From: Balanoglossus misakiensis
Taxonomy: Eukaryota; Animalia; Hemichordata
NCBI GenBank assembly: GCA_040954595.2
Contig: CM082582.2
Span: 13,824,154 to 13,888,153, forward strand
Length of the DNA stretch: 64,000 nt
Direction: 5' to 3'
In this document: one piece after another, positions 1 to 14,300 of the stretch
Layout: every line of letters begins with the position of its first letter
How positions within the stretch are numbered: position 1 is the first letter of the stretch
Notes under the pieces: model-generated
The model's input: the letters and a program-made list of their open reading frames with translations, nothing else
What the model was told of the DNA's origin: nothing
The model's database searches: none
Made by a program: the position numbers and the translations under genes

Positions 1-2862
1 TGTAAGTAAGTCTTATGAGGAAAATTCTTTTAAACAATTTAACAGCACAATACTCATTGATATAAACCACAGATTATAGTACAAGGTATAAATGATAAAA
101 GCATGTTCAGAGAACACAAGATGTTTAATTCAATCCAAATTCCCACGACGAGATCACGACATCCATGACATAGGAATAACACAGACCACTTTAATTGGTT
201 CTGTTTAGATTTTGTTCTAGAATGGTATTTATCAAATGGATTACAACTCCACTCAACAATTATCACATCACTTTTTATAAACTTTGAACTGTCTTTCCCT
301 GACGTGACGAAAACTACTAGTAAACGTCACATATAACCAGGCTTCTCTGATACACAGAACAGCTAGTCAAGCAAAGTCAAGAAGTTCGTCCAAGCTAATT
401 GCCGAGAGCACTCAAAGATTTCTGCATTCCCATTCCCTTCTCAGAAATTACAGATAGGTAACCGTAAGGCTCTGAAGTTACTGATACGTATAAATACCCT
501 TGCTGTTAAAAATCTCGCCCTAGATTCGTCAGGATTTTGTAAACTTGAAAGAGAGCTGTGCAACTCTAAATATTTGGGAGGAGGAATTTCTGAACTTGCG
601 CCAAAAGAATGTATCCCGGCATTGCTCTTGAACACAATAGTCTGATGGGGGTCTCTCTACGACTAAATTGGCAGTTGAGATTGGTGTCCCTAGTTCTGTT
701 ACACGCATACTGAGATCTCGCAGAATTTAACACCTTGGAATTTTATCGTATCGTATCGTACCATGTGGTGTTCTGTCGGAATTCTTGATTCTGTAAACTC
801 CGTAACGTAATATATGAACGATATTCAAAGAGAAATTGAAATGCAACTTCTATGATACAACTGCTATAGCAATTATAACGCAGGATAATTATTTCTATAT
901 ATAAGAGTAACTGAAACCACTGTTTTTTATTACTACCCCAGATTTTGAATATTAAATACCTGGAATTTACTTTAGTTTGTAAGTACGACATTTATGACCT
1001 ATTTTACACCCATGTGTTGAAAAACACACCATTCTGATAAAGTCATTTGTGATTTTTGTTCGTGGATAAGAATAAACTTTGATGAAGTAATGCGATGACA
1101 GAGTTGACATGCAACGATATAGTGTAACCAGACCGGGTTATAGTTTTACTAACCGATAAAACCCCACATAGCTACTGCTCCAGAAATCCCAATTATAGTA
1201 AATGATACTTTAATTCTTTGATGTAAAGACTGGAAAATCGTCTTGTTCCCAATTGGGAAACTCAAAACTAAGTTGAAGTTGACCCTGGAGTGTATTTTGC
1301 TCTGTATAAGAAAATAAATTCTCTTAAGTGAAAGTTGGCAAGTAACGTGTCTTCTGTAGCGCTGGAAGACATGAAATGCACAGCAAGCCATTTCTACTAT
1401 TACAGCGGGTGCCCAAGAATTCTGAATACCAAAGTTGATAAACCCCTATCAATTTCTCTCGCCATGTTTCAATATTCACAGGAAAATACCGAAGAACTTT
1501 AGTCAGTGTTTACAACATACACTGTGCCTGCTGAGTAGCATCTCCCTTCGAAAGGGAGTAAGAATTTTCAAAATAATGTTGTGTTTCTTATAGTTGTCGT
1601 CTTTGCAAATTAAACAAATTTGAAGCCAAGTCGACAATCTTCGAAAATGACGTCATTGAAAATAAATCGTCAATCAACAGAAAGGCCAAACCATTACATG
1701 TATAATGTTTTCGTCATGTAAATTATACACACGCTCTGTCCCCGGACAATAAAAACGTCGATAGAGTTGACTTTGGAGAATTACACTGTTTTACCACCTG
1801 TACATTCTTCTGTTGCGCTGTCTATGAATAGGTATTTGCTAAATATACACACTGGATTAATTTTGTAAGCTTATCGTCATGACGAGAAACTCTCTATTGT
1901 TGTGTGAAAAACCTCAGTTAGGTTCACTACTAGACGTCACGACAACTTGCTATCTGTGCTTTCTGTGACAACGTACTATCCTGTACCTCCCCTGCAAACT
2001 TTGTTGCCATGGCCCCGAGCTAATCTCAGTTACGCACTTTTTTTAATGTGGCTACATATAAAAAATCACTGACAAAGCTTCTAGTGGTAACAGAAGTATC
2101 CTTATTTATCTATGACAACTATTGGCCTCGATGAATCAAATATCACCAGATTCGATAAAATATTCTTCTGAAGTGTAGTAGCACTTGATTTGAATTACAA
2201 CCGTGCCAACGTAAAGGCATATTATTTATTGCTGGTGTGAATACAGGTCAAAGGTGAGAACAACCTTGTCGGTTGGCTGTCGACAAAACCATATCATATG
2301 TTAAAAGATATACTCCGTGATTTTGATGAAGATCTCAGTTGCCAAAGCGTATATGTTTTACCCGCAGAAAAGTTACTTTCAGTCGAAGTAATGTTGGCTC
2401 TCAAAATCAGATGCCGCCAATGTACATGTAGTGCCCAAATATGTTATCTCGTGCGATGTTGTGTTGACCCATGTTCAAGTTTCTTCCATCGTTGGCGTTT
2501 GCTTGTATGCATGAAGAAATGTAACCAGTGCTAATAGTTATTTACATTTATGTCAAAACGAGCAAACACTTAATTTTTATCGTGCGTTTGTTTATACCGA
2601 AGCATCGATCACCGCGATCTGTCTCGTAACGATACCATGATCTACTGAGAAACTCACCTACTTTGGGTCACAGGAAACAATAAACTGTAAACATGTCTCA
2701 AAAACTTTCCACAACAAGTCGTTTCAATTACTCTGTTTTGGAAATAAATTTTAGCGTCAATGCTATACAGACTCCACTGCGGTCTCTTTGATGACAAACG
2801 GGTCATTCAAGCTGAGGCGAAGTTACAATGTTGACAAACATCTGAAGGTACTTCCCGGTACG

Positions 2863-2956
2863 GGTAAATTTCCAGTTAGGGACTGGACAGAAATTACAGA
2901 GGGGAGGGCTGTTTTTTTTTTGGGGGGGGGGGTTCGCCATGGTAAATTTCCAGTTA
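2863..2956. repeat. 16-bp direct repeat flanking a 62-bp G-rich insert resembling a truncated MITE terminus
   Basis: GGTAAATTTCCAGTTA occurs at 2863-2878 and 2941-2956. The intervening sequence starts GGGACTGGACAGAAATTACAGAGGGGAGGG, similar to TA-GGG MITE ends elsewhere in the window. Confidence 0.65.
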
Positions 2957-3983
2957 TCAAGAGTAAGAAGCAGAATCCACTAAAGGATAAAAATGCACTT
3001 TCAATAATACTTGATTCAGATGCCTTATGGTACTAAAACCATAAAACTATTTGCAATTTTAAAATAAAGCGTTGACGCATGAAACAACAGAGATCGGTGT
3101 GTTCCAATTTAAGTTCTCGAGTATCGCAACTATATGGAGGCAATGCGTATCACATTCAAATCGTTTGGTAACCTTGGAAGTTTGTACTTACAATGACCTG
3201 GACTGACCTCTCGTGGAATGTTTTTTTTTATTCAAGGTCAACTTGTATTGTATATGGTAACTAAAGCCAAATAAAGAATCTGATCACCAGAAGGAATCAT
3301 TTTTATAAAGCGGTTTTTTAACCGATTAGGTGGTAAAACACCAAGGGGATCAACGTAACATTCTGAAGTCGTAATCAAACTTCGCAGAATGCATTACAGT
3401 ACTTTTAATTAGAAAACAAAAGCGTGGCAATGATTTACGATGATTGCACTACAGCCAAGAATGCCGGTGTCTCTTGAAGTACTTTGTTTATACTTAACAG
3501 TAGATGTTTGCTTATCATTGACAACCCATTTAAGTACGATGACGCGATTGCATGCATACATGGGTCCCTAGCAGTAAGACTCTTTTTGAACAACGTTCCC
3601 CTTTCTCGAACAAGTGAATATTTAAATTACAAATCAAATGGTGACGAAGAAATAGCAATGTAGGTTGTTAACAGCCACTGGGGAACTAGTGTATTTACCC
3701 TTCTGAGGGCGGCAAGAATCTTTAGTCTGGGTTGGCGTTTGATCTCAGAGTGGCATTTTATCCCTACATACAGTCGACTCAGGTTTTGTGAATACTGTTG
3801 TTGTTGTTGTTTTATGTGCAAGAAATAGTAAACATTCATAAAATACAAGCTTCTGATCAGCAATCTCGGCAAAATACACAATTTTTACATCAAGAAAGTA
3901 AATACAAAAAATACATTCGTTGTACTGAAAGCTTCATCACACAAGGTTTCGTAGTAGGCTTATTTTGAAACTGAGTGATATGA

Positions 3984-4005
3984 CTGAGTGAGTGAGTGAG
4001 TGAGT
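3984..4005. repeat. (TGAG)n microsatellite
   Basis: tgagtgagtgagtgagtgagt read directly from the sequence. Confidence 0.85.
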
Positions 4006-4236
4006 CTCCGGTATTGTGCCTAAGGCGGTGTAAAATAACAAATGTAAACACGCTGCGTCGGCCTAGGGACCGATTATGTACCTGCCAGGTTAGTAAATTG
4101 ATTTTGATGTATCTGAGTATACAATCACTGTTAAAAAGTTAGATCGAGTTACACCATTGTTGATGAGACCATGTGGTTATCGTTTGGCTGTTTTTAACCT
4201 TCAATTGGCTGAAATCCCCTGAAATGGGAGATACGT

Positions 4237-4282
4237 TAGCCCGGAGACCAGGGCGTAGATCGACGCCCTGGTCTCCGGGCTA
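4237..4282. mobile_element. 46-bp palindromic mini-element with TAG...CTA ends and a 9-bp target-site duplication (Academ/AcademH-like MITE)
   Basis: TAGCCCGGAGACCAGGGCGT-agatcg-ACGCCCTGGTCTCCGGGCTA has perfect 20-bp arms. It is flanked by GAGATACGT at 4228-4236 and 4283-4291. The superfamily assignment is inferred from the TAG termini and 9-bp TSD. Confidence 0.75.
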
Positions 4283-7200
4283 GAGATACGTAGTCGCAAG
4301 GGAACTAACCAGAGTCGAAAGATGGCGAAACTGGATCGATTCTATGAAGCTTACCCTGTATCGCTTCAAGCTTATTAAAATACTAGTATAAAGGATGGGC
4401 ACTCTGAGTCCTGCTTGTGTTCTCATGCAAATTAGCCAGTAGCACACAGTAAACAATACCTTTACCTTTCCCCTTTCTTTAATTCTATGTTCAAAGGTGA
4501 CCTCAAGTATGCCTCACGTATTCATAGAATGACCAGAACTATATCGGGTCGTCCACTTTTGTGTTTGCCAAGAAACTTAGACAGCATCGCAGACAACAAG
4601 TCTACCAAGCGTATATTTACGTGCCAGTGAAAATATATTCGCATATCTAATTTGGGTCATAAATGACCAATGCCCGGATGAGATAAAGAATAGCATTGGG
4701 TTTCTGTAGACCGAACTGCAAATCTACGACTTGAATCTCGCAGGAAATAGAATGGCCTCTGATAGATCTGGACGGTACGATCTGGAGAAGAGACGTTCCG
4801 ACACTTTTCAGAAAGACAGGTATTTATCTAACATTTTCATTTTATCTACTGACGTCAGAGCGATAGTGTTGAACTTGAAAGCCTTGAGCGAATTTGATTT
4901 CGGTCTCGTCAAATAGCATTCAAAGTAAAATATACGCTGGCAAGTGTGTCAGAGTAAACCCAGTCACACATAACTACACTCTGTAGACGTACTATAGGGA
5001 CAGGTCGGTTTCTTCAATCGGAGGGGGGGGGGGAAAGTCAATTTGCACTCCCTCAAGAATGAAAGCAAATGAAGGTGACCTCTGACAAGCGAAAGTTTGT
5101 TGATTGGCCGAAATCCCTACAGCCCTTGCTTCCTGGTAAATGTCGAACCTTCACAATCATAAGTGTTTGTCTGTTTGGAGTTTGTTCTGGTTGTTAAAAT
5201 AATCACCATTAGGAAAAGCTCTGCCGTAGAGGGACATAAATCACCTTTTTCAGATATGAAACCGATTACCAGTTTGTAGAAGTGAGAGCCTTCAAGAGGC
5301 TAGAATGACTTGCGGCGCTTTTGAGTGCTACACATAACTGTCGAAGTTCTGTTTAGTCTGAAAATAGCCTGTTAATTGGTTGTCAGGTGTTTTGCATGTC
5401 CTAGAAAAAATCTCGTGATATTTCAGCCCAATACAACAAATATCACCTGTCGCATGGAAGGGAAAGGCGAACCATAGCTGCCAACAAATAAGACGAAATC
5501 TGTGATGATACATGAACAACTTCAGAAGTACATGGGTTTCTAACTGACGCCGTTAGAACTGTCAACAGTGTTTCAAATGGTGCAATGCAATTAAAATTAA
5601 ATTTGTGATACTTACATGAAGGCGACTATCATACAGATTTGCATTCATCGTGTTATCGTAATTATTTTCACAAATAATTTTTATTCATTCAAGTATGATC
5701 GCTTTAAGATTGGTTTATACCTTTGTAGATTGATACTGGTTTGTGCAGCTGCTGAGAGAGTTCTATCAGGGCCCACTCACATCAATTTGGCTTGAAATGT
5801 GGCCAATTCCGGGTTAAAGTATATAATGCTTGGGGAGGGTCGTATTATAGTTTACAAATGATTCTGGATTGAGGGCAGAGTGTAGGAATTTGCCCTGATG
5901 TCACGGTTTACGTGACCAATATACTCAAACACCTCTGGCACTCTCTCATAATCTCTGAAAGCTATGTTATGTCCCCGTTCAGGGCACTGTACGATTCTAG
6001 CATATGCTACTGGGTGCATACCGACCCTAACTTGCGTCAGCTGCCTGTCGAAACCAATTTAGTTGAACATAGTCCAACCACTGGTCTTTGCTTAATAGCG
6101 AAGTCGGACACCAGGTATAATTATACCACCCTGAAAAAATAAGAATACTACAATATCTACTTATTTGGGAGTGTTCAAAGAAGGGGGAATAATTCATAAT
6201 TTAGATTCTTTTTTTTGCTGTCTTAGTCGTGACGCTGAGAAGATGACGGATACTTAGCCTGCGTCCAGTTTGATCTGTGTTTGAAGAAATGAAGGAATCT
6301 TCAAAGTAAAGGCATTTTAGTTTATTTTAGCGCGCACTTTAAACATTTTGGTGCGTATGACTGTAACAAGGAGGAAACAGCCATCTCCCAATAGGTAGAG
6401 CAGCGCGAGATAACTATTTTGAAAATAAGAATCATGTACTAGTGTGTAAAGATACAACTACTTGTCCATTCCTATAGTGTCATGTCGCTATAAAAACCAA
6501 TGCTCGAAACAAATGCCGTCACGGTGTGAGACAGATGTAGACTGGCAGCCGGCAGGTCAGGTGACACGTCTCTTTGGAAATATGTCAGGTCAAACCGGAC
6601 GGGATAAACCACACAGATTGAAGGATACATTAATTGTCTACGAATCGGTAGATGTTCAACAGTAGCGCGGCACATATGGGTAATTCTTCTGGTTTGGTCC
6701 ATACACTACAAAACTCCACGATTGTGAAATCATCCTTGACCTCATTTGCGGAACTCCATTGGGAGGGAGCAAATCAAAGCAACCAGAAAATCACCCAACA
6801 ACACTCCCCATCGTCCTTCAATTTGCAGGAACGAAAGAGAACTGATACATAGGATGATGTGAATGCGCGAAGGCCAGAAGATGCGGAGCACTGACTTGTA
6901 CTGCGTTAATGTGGCAATAGCTGAACTTAATTGCCTTCTAAGAGACACTTACCGCCACGATCATAAATCACGACCACAGAAAAGTTGTTGGTAATCTCCC
7001 GCCTTGTCTATGGCTGAGACATGACAGATCTCTACCAACTGCGTTAAAAGGAGGTCAGCCTATAATACGGTTTTGTGCAAAAAATGAGTATATTACAAAT
7101 CAAATCTAGTCAAGTTAAGGTGAAGAATACATTACTCGTCCATTATCTTCTGCCATATACTTTTGATACTGTTGGACACTTAATGACAACAGGAAATCCT

Positions 7201-8347
7201 TCTTGGGTAACAGATTCTACCAACTGAAAGATAAAATCCTATATTCTCGGCATTTTACTGTAACGAGGAAGAAGACGAGTAGACCACAACCCACTGCCGC
7301 CTTGGTGTTAGTTTCAAGAACTGCACCACGCCTTAAGCATTTCTCGTAAACGTTATTTATAAACGCGACAGCGTCTCTGGGTCTGAAACGGTGGGTGAAG
7401 TCAACTAATATTGTCTGGAAAATCACGAAACCAAATTCTACTCTACAAGCTATAATGACACTTTATGCAGACACATCACGAATTGCTATCCGAAGTGCAG
7501 CGCGTAATCTTTTAATGGTTTCTCGGTATGACCCCATAATAGTCGTAAAGAGGTCATACGGTGAGTAGTATATGTCTGTTGAATTGAAGTTACTGTACCA
7601 GTAAGAGAGTATGCCGCTTCAAAGTCAACTTGTGGCGTTGATATTTGAATATGCCACCGAATAAGAGCATAGAATACACGTTTATTTAACTATTTTCAAA
7701 ATGGCGTGTCTATATAGTTTGCTTGCTATGAAGGAGCAGGTTGTCGCGAGCGACATGACGCCAAAAGCGTATCGATATGATTTGCAGAAGTGGCGAAACG
7801 AACTCGTGGACTATTAATTATTTTCGACTGCCAAATCTGTAGCTAACTGCAGAAAGGACTATGCGTAAAATGCAAGCAAAGTTCCGCCACTGTATACGGG
7901 GCGACTGTAAGTCTATTCACATAGAGCTACCAAAGTACTAACTGTTCAGGTTCACAGCGCACGCGAACAATCAAGAGAGCTGGGGTAGGTCACAGGTCAT
8001 CGTTTTCTGACACTAATCATTGCACGCCAGTCTAACTCTGCTGTGTTCTGATTGATGTCATCAAAGTGTTACTATGGAAACCTGATTCCAATTGGGCCTA
8101 GCAAGCTTGATCTATTTATATCAATTATGTTTTCACTTTTATGTCATTCCTCCGAGCAGGGTTTTTTTTTGGCTCGATGAAAATAACTCAAGGAATTCAG
8201 CTTCCCCTGAAGCCTCCGAGAAGTTCTTCAGAAACAAGGCACTTTCTCAGCCGCCCGCTCTTGTTTATTTTATGCCCGCTGGTAGAACTCTGTTCTTAGC
8301 GCTAATGCATTTCTGTTTTGAATAGATACAATGTGGATGACGTCATC

Positions 8348-11300
8348 ATGGGTGACAAGATAGACAGACTAGAGCTAACGTCTGTAGGAGTGCAAGTCGA
8401 CAACGACGATTTACCATTTACGGGACCACAGTACAACTATGCCGCCGATCTCGATCCACCAGACATGAATTCAAATATCGACGTCACCATGGCACTGCCG
8501 CAAAACTCCAAGCAAAAGACGCAGTCCTGGCTGACGGCGCCGTTTTCGAACTTCAAAAAGAAGAGCAAAAGCAATGGATCAATATCACTGAATCCTGCTC
8601 AGGATGCGGAACAGAAATCGCCGGACGTTGGTGAAAATGATGGCAGGGAAACTTGGGGAAAGAAAATTGACTTTTTGCTCTCTGTCATCGGGTTTGCTGT
8701 TGATCTTTCTAACGTGTGGCGGTTTCCTTATCTTTGCTACAAGAATGGAGGCGGTAAGTTTTTACTTTTGAAACTAACCACTTTTTCGGATTTCAAGTGT
8801 TCATAACAGTTTAATATACCACCGGCACTGGTATGACATTGTTTTAAAACTCAGTATCAACATCTTTCTATGGAATATTCAATGCATTTGTCGGCCGAGC
8901 GACATTGTCTATCGTGACAATCGGAGTAAAACTTGAAGGTCTCTTGGACCCATATACAGTCACTTTTCAGGTTCTATTAACAGAACCAAGCCAGTCGCGT
9001 AAGCTTAATGACTATCAGAGGTCAACTTCTTAGAGTTTGACTACAGATTCTGGTCATTCTGAATAGGGGTTGGTTGTTAATTGTAAATGGGGTCTCGCGA
9101 CTGTCTTTCTTTGGTAAACCCACGAAGCCTAAAAGCCTGCTAGTTCATAGGCGAATAAAAAGAACAAGACGTCAACCAAACCTTACATTAGAAGCATTAT
9201 TAGCGGCTTAAGTGGACAAAATAAAGAACTGATGTTAATTCAGTGCAAGGGTGCAGAGGTGACGAACGATTTGTGTAATAGTTAAAAGATTTTCGCCTAT
9301 ACACTGTATCGTGGGTACGTGTAACAATGGCGCTAAAACCAAATGAAATTCGTTATGCACATTCATAGATAATGATGTACAATGAAGCGCCTGGAGATAT
9401 CGGCTAGTGGACAGTATTTTGGACATAACGGAATTAAAAAGTTTTGGTTTGATGGATAGACACGGAGAGTTTACAGAGTTTACCACATTTACTGAAACTC
9501 ACTATGCAAAGAAGTTGCCTTCTTGTAATTGTCACAAAAGCATTCGGCCTACAGGTTAAAACTAATCTTCCTTGATGGTCTTTCAATTTTTTCATAATGT
9601 AACATTTTAGAAGACAGAGTTCTCTTTATTGTTGATAACTTTTGTCAGAAAATGTCAGTAGAGGTACTGTGACAGCAAGGCAGACACTGCAGGGTATGAT
9701 CACCTAATAAATGCACACGGGTGTAGTATGTTTGCATTAGAACCAGTTCTTCACAAAAAATGACGAAGAAAAGCTTTCACTCTAAAATCCGATAGATGTC
9801 TTCCGGGTTATAGGACACGTCTGACTGACTGACTGATTGACTGACTGACTGAATGACTGACTGACTGAACGGACAAACGGACTAACGAAGAAAAGGAAGA
9901 AACGAAGAAGACATAACTATTATCAATTCATGTAAACTCATGGTGTTACCTTGTCATAAAATACATGGATGCAAATTGAATCAGTCTGGGTATATCCCTT
10001 TCAGGTGCTTTCCTTATTCCATACGTGCTCTTCCTCATCTTTGGAGGTTTACCTCTGTTCTACATGGAAATGGCGCTCGGACAATTTAACAGAGAGGGCG
10101 CTATTAGTGTTTGGAAGATCTGTCCGATGTTTAAAGGTAAGCGATGCCAAACTGCTTCTGTGTTCCCTCTAAATTCAACAACCATCACAATTATTTTTCG
10201 TGAAAAAAATGCAATAGTTCCAGTTGAAAAAAGACCATTGATTGAAAGGTGATTATTTATGGTTCAACTTTATTGTATGGTCTTTTGTCCACCGTAAAAT
10301 AATATAGTTATGATTCTGAATGACCGGTTTTTCAGTGATGCATGTAAATTTATGGACAGGGGCTTGAAAGCGAAATGTTTGAAAAGTTCAGACGATATCT
10401 GTTTACACGTTGCCACTGTTTCTCAACAGGTGCAGGTTGGGCTGTTGTTCTCATGGCGTATTACGTAGCATTTTACTACAACGTAATCATAGCCTGGTCC
10501 ATATATTTCCTCTTTTCATCATTTACTTCGACGTTGCCATGGACGCTGTGTGATGAGAGGTGGAATTCTCCATACTGCTATGATGGTTCATTTAATTATT
10601 CATACGTTGACGTTGGTGACGGAGATTTCCAATTGGTGACACAAGACAACGGACAGTCTCCGGCAGATGAGTTTTACCAGTAAGTAACGAACACCTATTA
10701 TTGTTCTTGCTTTTGTTTTGTTCTGCTCTTTGAGCTACCCCCTTCCTTCTGTTCTGTGATTTTGACTTCCCTTGCTTTGTATTCCTTCAAACTATTTTCT
10801 CTTGAAATAAAAGATGTTGAAAAAAGTCAAACGAGTTTTAAGCTTATTTGGAAAAATGCAGTCTACACACACTGTCAATGAAACAGATTTCAGGCATGAA
10901 TATTTTCATGCGAATGTTTGTACTATTACGGCCCTGCGGTGACCTAAACATTTATTTACGACACATTGCAAACCTACCACAATTATTGGATCATTTGATA
11001 CTAAATCGTTGCTCATGTTTATTCTTCAACTTAGTCGAGGAGTCTTGGAGATGCATCGTAGTACAGGCATAGATGACTTGGGAAGTATTAAATGGCAGTT
11101 AGCGCTGTGTTTATTGGCTACACTGACCATTGTTTACTTTGCCCTTTGGAAGGGTGTTCATACTTCGGGCAAAGTGAGTAAACATTTTCTGTCATCTCTA
11201 ACTCGACTAATGTATGCTGTATGATCAGATGTATGTGTGACTGACTGACTGACCGGGTGAGTGAGAGAGAGAGGGGGTGGGAAGAGGGGTGGGAGGAGAG

Positions 11301-14300
11301 GAGGGAAGGAGGGGGAGGAGGGAGAGAAAGGGGTGAGAAAGGAGGCTGACAGAGAGGGAGAGAGGGGTGTAGGGAAGAAGGGGAGAGAGGGATGAGGGAG
11401 AAGGAAGTGGCAGAAGCAGAGAGATAGACAGAGGCATAGGGAGAAGTTGATGAAGACGATGGTTAAGTTGTTGATGGCGATTTTCTGTGTGTGTGTTTTT
11501 TGGGGGGAGGGGGAGGGTTCTAGATTTGCCACTCTATTAAATATTATTGCTACTAAGTATTAACCGACTTCATTTTTAAATTTAACCTTCTGTAACTGAA
11601 CAGGTCGACTCGAACATGTTTGTGATAAAAACAACAACAAATCTTTTTCTTGTTGCCTTTTATCCTGAGAAATATTAGCTGACTGTCTGACATCATTGCA
11701 GGTGGTGTGGGTGACAGCCACTATGCCATACATTGTGCTGACTATACTTCTCATTCGTGGGTGCACTTTACCTGGATCACTGGTGGGAATCAAGTACTAT
11801 CTCACGCCGGACTTCAAAAAGTTACTGGAGGCAGAGGTAAGTCAGATCCATAAAAACTATGACGATGTATCGCCCTTTTTTCGACGGCGACCTTTCACCG
11901 TCTTTTCCCCAGTAAGTTTCATTATGCGAAAGTGCAATGTACAAGAATTAATGCCTTGTTGAATTTGAAAGATAATGTTTAGATTTGCAAAGATGTGTCT
12001 GGCTCATGCATGTGAATTCATGTCAGCTAGAAGAATGTTCGTTAAAACAATCTTGCTTTGATTATTTATAATGCTCGGTTCGAATGGTATTGCTTTGGCC
12101 TTTGCTTCTGAAACTACACGACATTCATTTATTTTCTATTTCAGGTTTGGATAGACGCCGCAAATCAAATATTTTACTCGATAGGTGCAGGATTTGGGGT
12201 CCACATAGCATTTGCTAGCTACAACCAATTCAACAATAATATATACAAGTAGGTAGTGTGTGGGAGCATCAATGCAGAAAGTTTATGCGAACAAAGTGAT
12301 TATTTGAAGATGGCGATGGTTGATCAGATGGGGCAAAAACTGTGTTATGTTACTCTTCTGCAAGGAAATGACAAAAAAACTATTTTGAGTTCGAGTCATA
12401 CCAGGCTACCATTGAGTGGTATTAGTCTGGTCTGTATAATGTTAATGATATGTATATTTTCAAGAATACAATTGCCATGAAATTGAAAGGTAACTAAGAC
12501 AGAGTTGAAAGACATGAAAGGTAATTTTGGCACCAGAAAATAGATTTACACTATATAGCCTGGCTCTATCGATTGACAACATGAGAGAGTTTTTCAGTGA
12601 TGTAATTACATGTTATTTATCAAAAGCGTATTTTTCATTTTATTTGTCACCATCCATCATTCTTACTAGTAGTAGTATTCGAAAGACACGGTCACACTCG
12701 CCTTGACCTGGTGACAAAGGTCAATGACGCAGACGGGGAAGAAAATAACCCTAGTTTTTCCTGCTTTCACGTATCAGAGACGCGCTGATCACAAGTTCCA
12801 TAAACTGCCTTACGAGTTTCTTCTCCGGGTTTGCCATTTTTGCTGTGCTTGGTTACATGTCAGTGAAGAACGGCGTAGACATTAGTGAAGTTGCCACAGA
12901 AGGTAACGTTTAATTCGTGTGTCTAGTGTTTACCGCCAAAGTAAAAGGGGGTTATTGAGGGGTTTGTTCCGTTCTAGTGTGCGTGCGCCACGAACCTTCC
13001 TGGAAATCGCGGAAGTGCGGAAAATGACCAGACGATCGCTATGAGGCAACGCGACGCGAACGTACAGGTCCTCGTCTGCCAAGAGAGCAGCGCCCGGCCG
13101 TCCGCGTACGTGCAGCCCGTAGTCTCGCGGTGCGATGTCGGCTTCACATTTTTGTTGACGTCGTAATTTTTCTGATTATATTTAAATCTGTCTGTACCAG
13201 AGGAACATAGACGCTTCAGAATAAAATGTTTTGAAGCATATTTCGCCGAAATATCTCCGTAAACATGAAACAAACGGATTTTCAGCGTTCCCGCAAGGGG
13301 ACCGGGCCAGTGTAAACATTGTGGACCCGATCGCTCAGCGCTATTACGCACACGAAAAACTACGATATCTATCCGATATACAATATTCCAGTCTAAAAAC
13401 ATAAATTGGGGTACTCACCAGTGATTGTATCAACGAGTACTTGGTGTCGTTTTATCTAAAAACCATATGACCCTTCGTATTTTGACGATTTGCACGCAAA
13501 CATCGGTCACTGCACTTCCGTGTTAAAGGGTAGCGTCGTCTGGTCATTTTCCGCACTTCCGCTGTGTGATATCCCATGAAACCTTGCGCGCTGACTGTGG
13601 AAAGCTTGCAATCCCGTATGCGCATGTGCACATCCTTGATATACATTTAATAGCACAGTCCAGGGTTTTATCAATGTCGCTAAAAATAGATTTGCGCGAG
13701 TGCGCATGCGTCCGGCAACAGTGAAATGCGGACAAAAGCGGACATTGACGTAGCATCGACTGAGCGAAGCACGTAGCGATAGCGTTGCTCTTTTTACTTT
13801 TAAAAACTTTGTTTTGGTTTACTTCCGCGATGGGCGCTACTAAACATTGCTGTTACGGACATTGCACGAGTGACTCGAGGTACACCGATCGTGTTGAAAT
13901 GAAAGATGTTTTCTTCATCCGATTTCCGAAGCCACATCGAAATATTTTGAAATGTCAAAAATGGATTTATGCTTGCGGGAAACAGGGTTTCGGCGTCGAC
14001 AATGTCAAAAAGGACACCTATATTTGTGGCCTCCACTTCGTAGGCAGGAAGGGACCAACAAGCGACCATCCCGACCTCATATCAATATTGCAAATATCTC
14101 TCGTATAGTCATGTCAACAACACTACTTTTATCAGTAAGGACCTGTGGCAGCCCCCCCCCCCCCCATCGCCCACACAGCCTAGCCCGTAGTTTATTTCCG
14201 CGCAGTATATTGCGTTGGTCTATATTTTTATCGCCTATTCGACACTTGATCTGAGAACATAAATAAAAAACACACCAGAGCATAACAACAACGTTTCGAA

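Noticed and set aside
54-8325. Short ORFs upstream of the transporter (e.g. 441-635, 2298-2534, 6462-6948)
   Set aside because: No recognisable domains, mostly non-ATG starts, and no consistent splice-linked frame. Treated as chance ORFs in non-coding DNA.
11158-11532. Pro/Ser/Leu-rich minus-strand ORFs
   Set aside because: Translation of a purine-rich low-complexity intron tract.
12716-12723. NBRE-like AAAGGTCA (Nurr1 site) in transporter intron 6, also at 19805
   Set aside because: An 8-mer that occurs several times across the window. It is not distinguishable from chance without conservation data.
12974-13402. 142-aa minus-strand ORF, and the related 28453-28680 ORF
   Set aside because: Both lie within the MITE, the frames are not preserved between the two copies, and there are no protein motifs.
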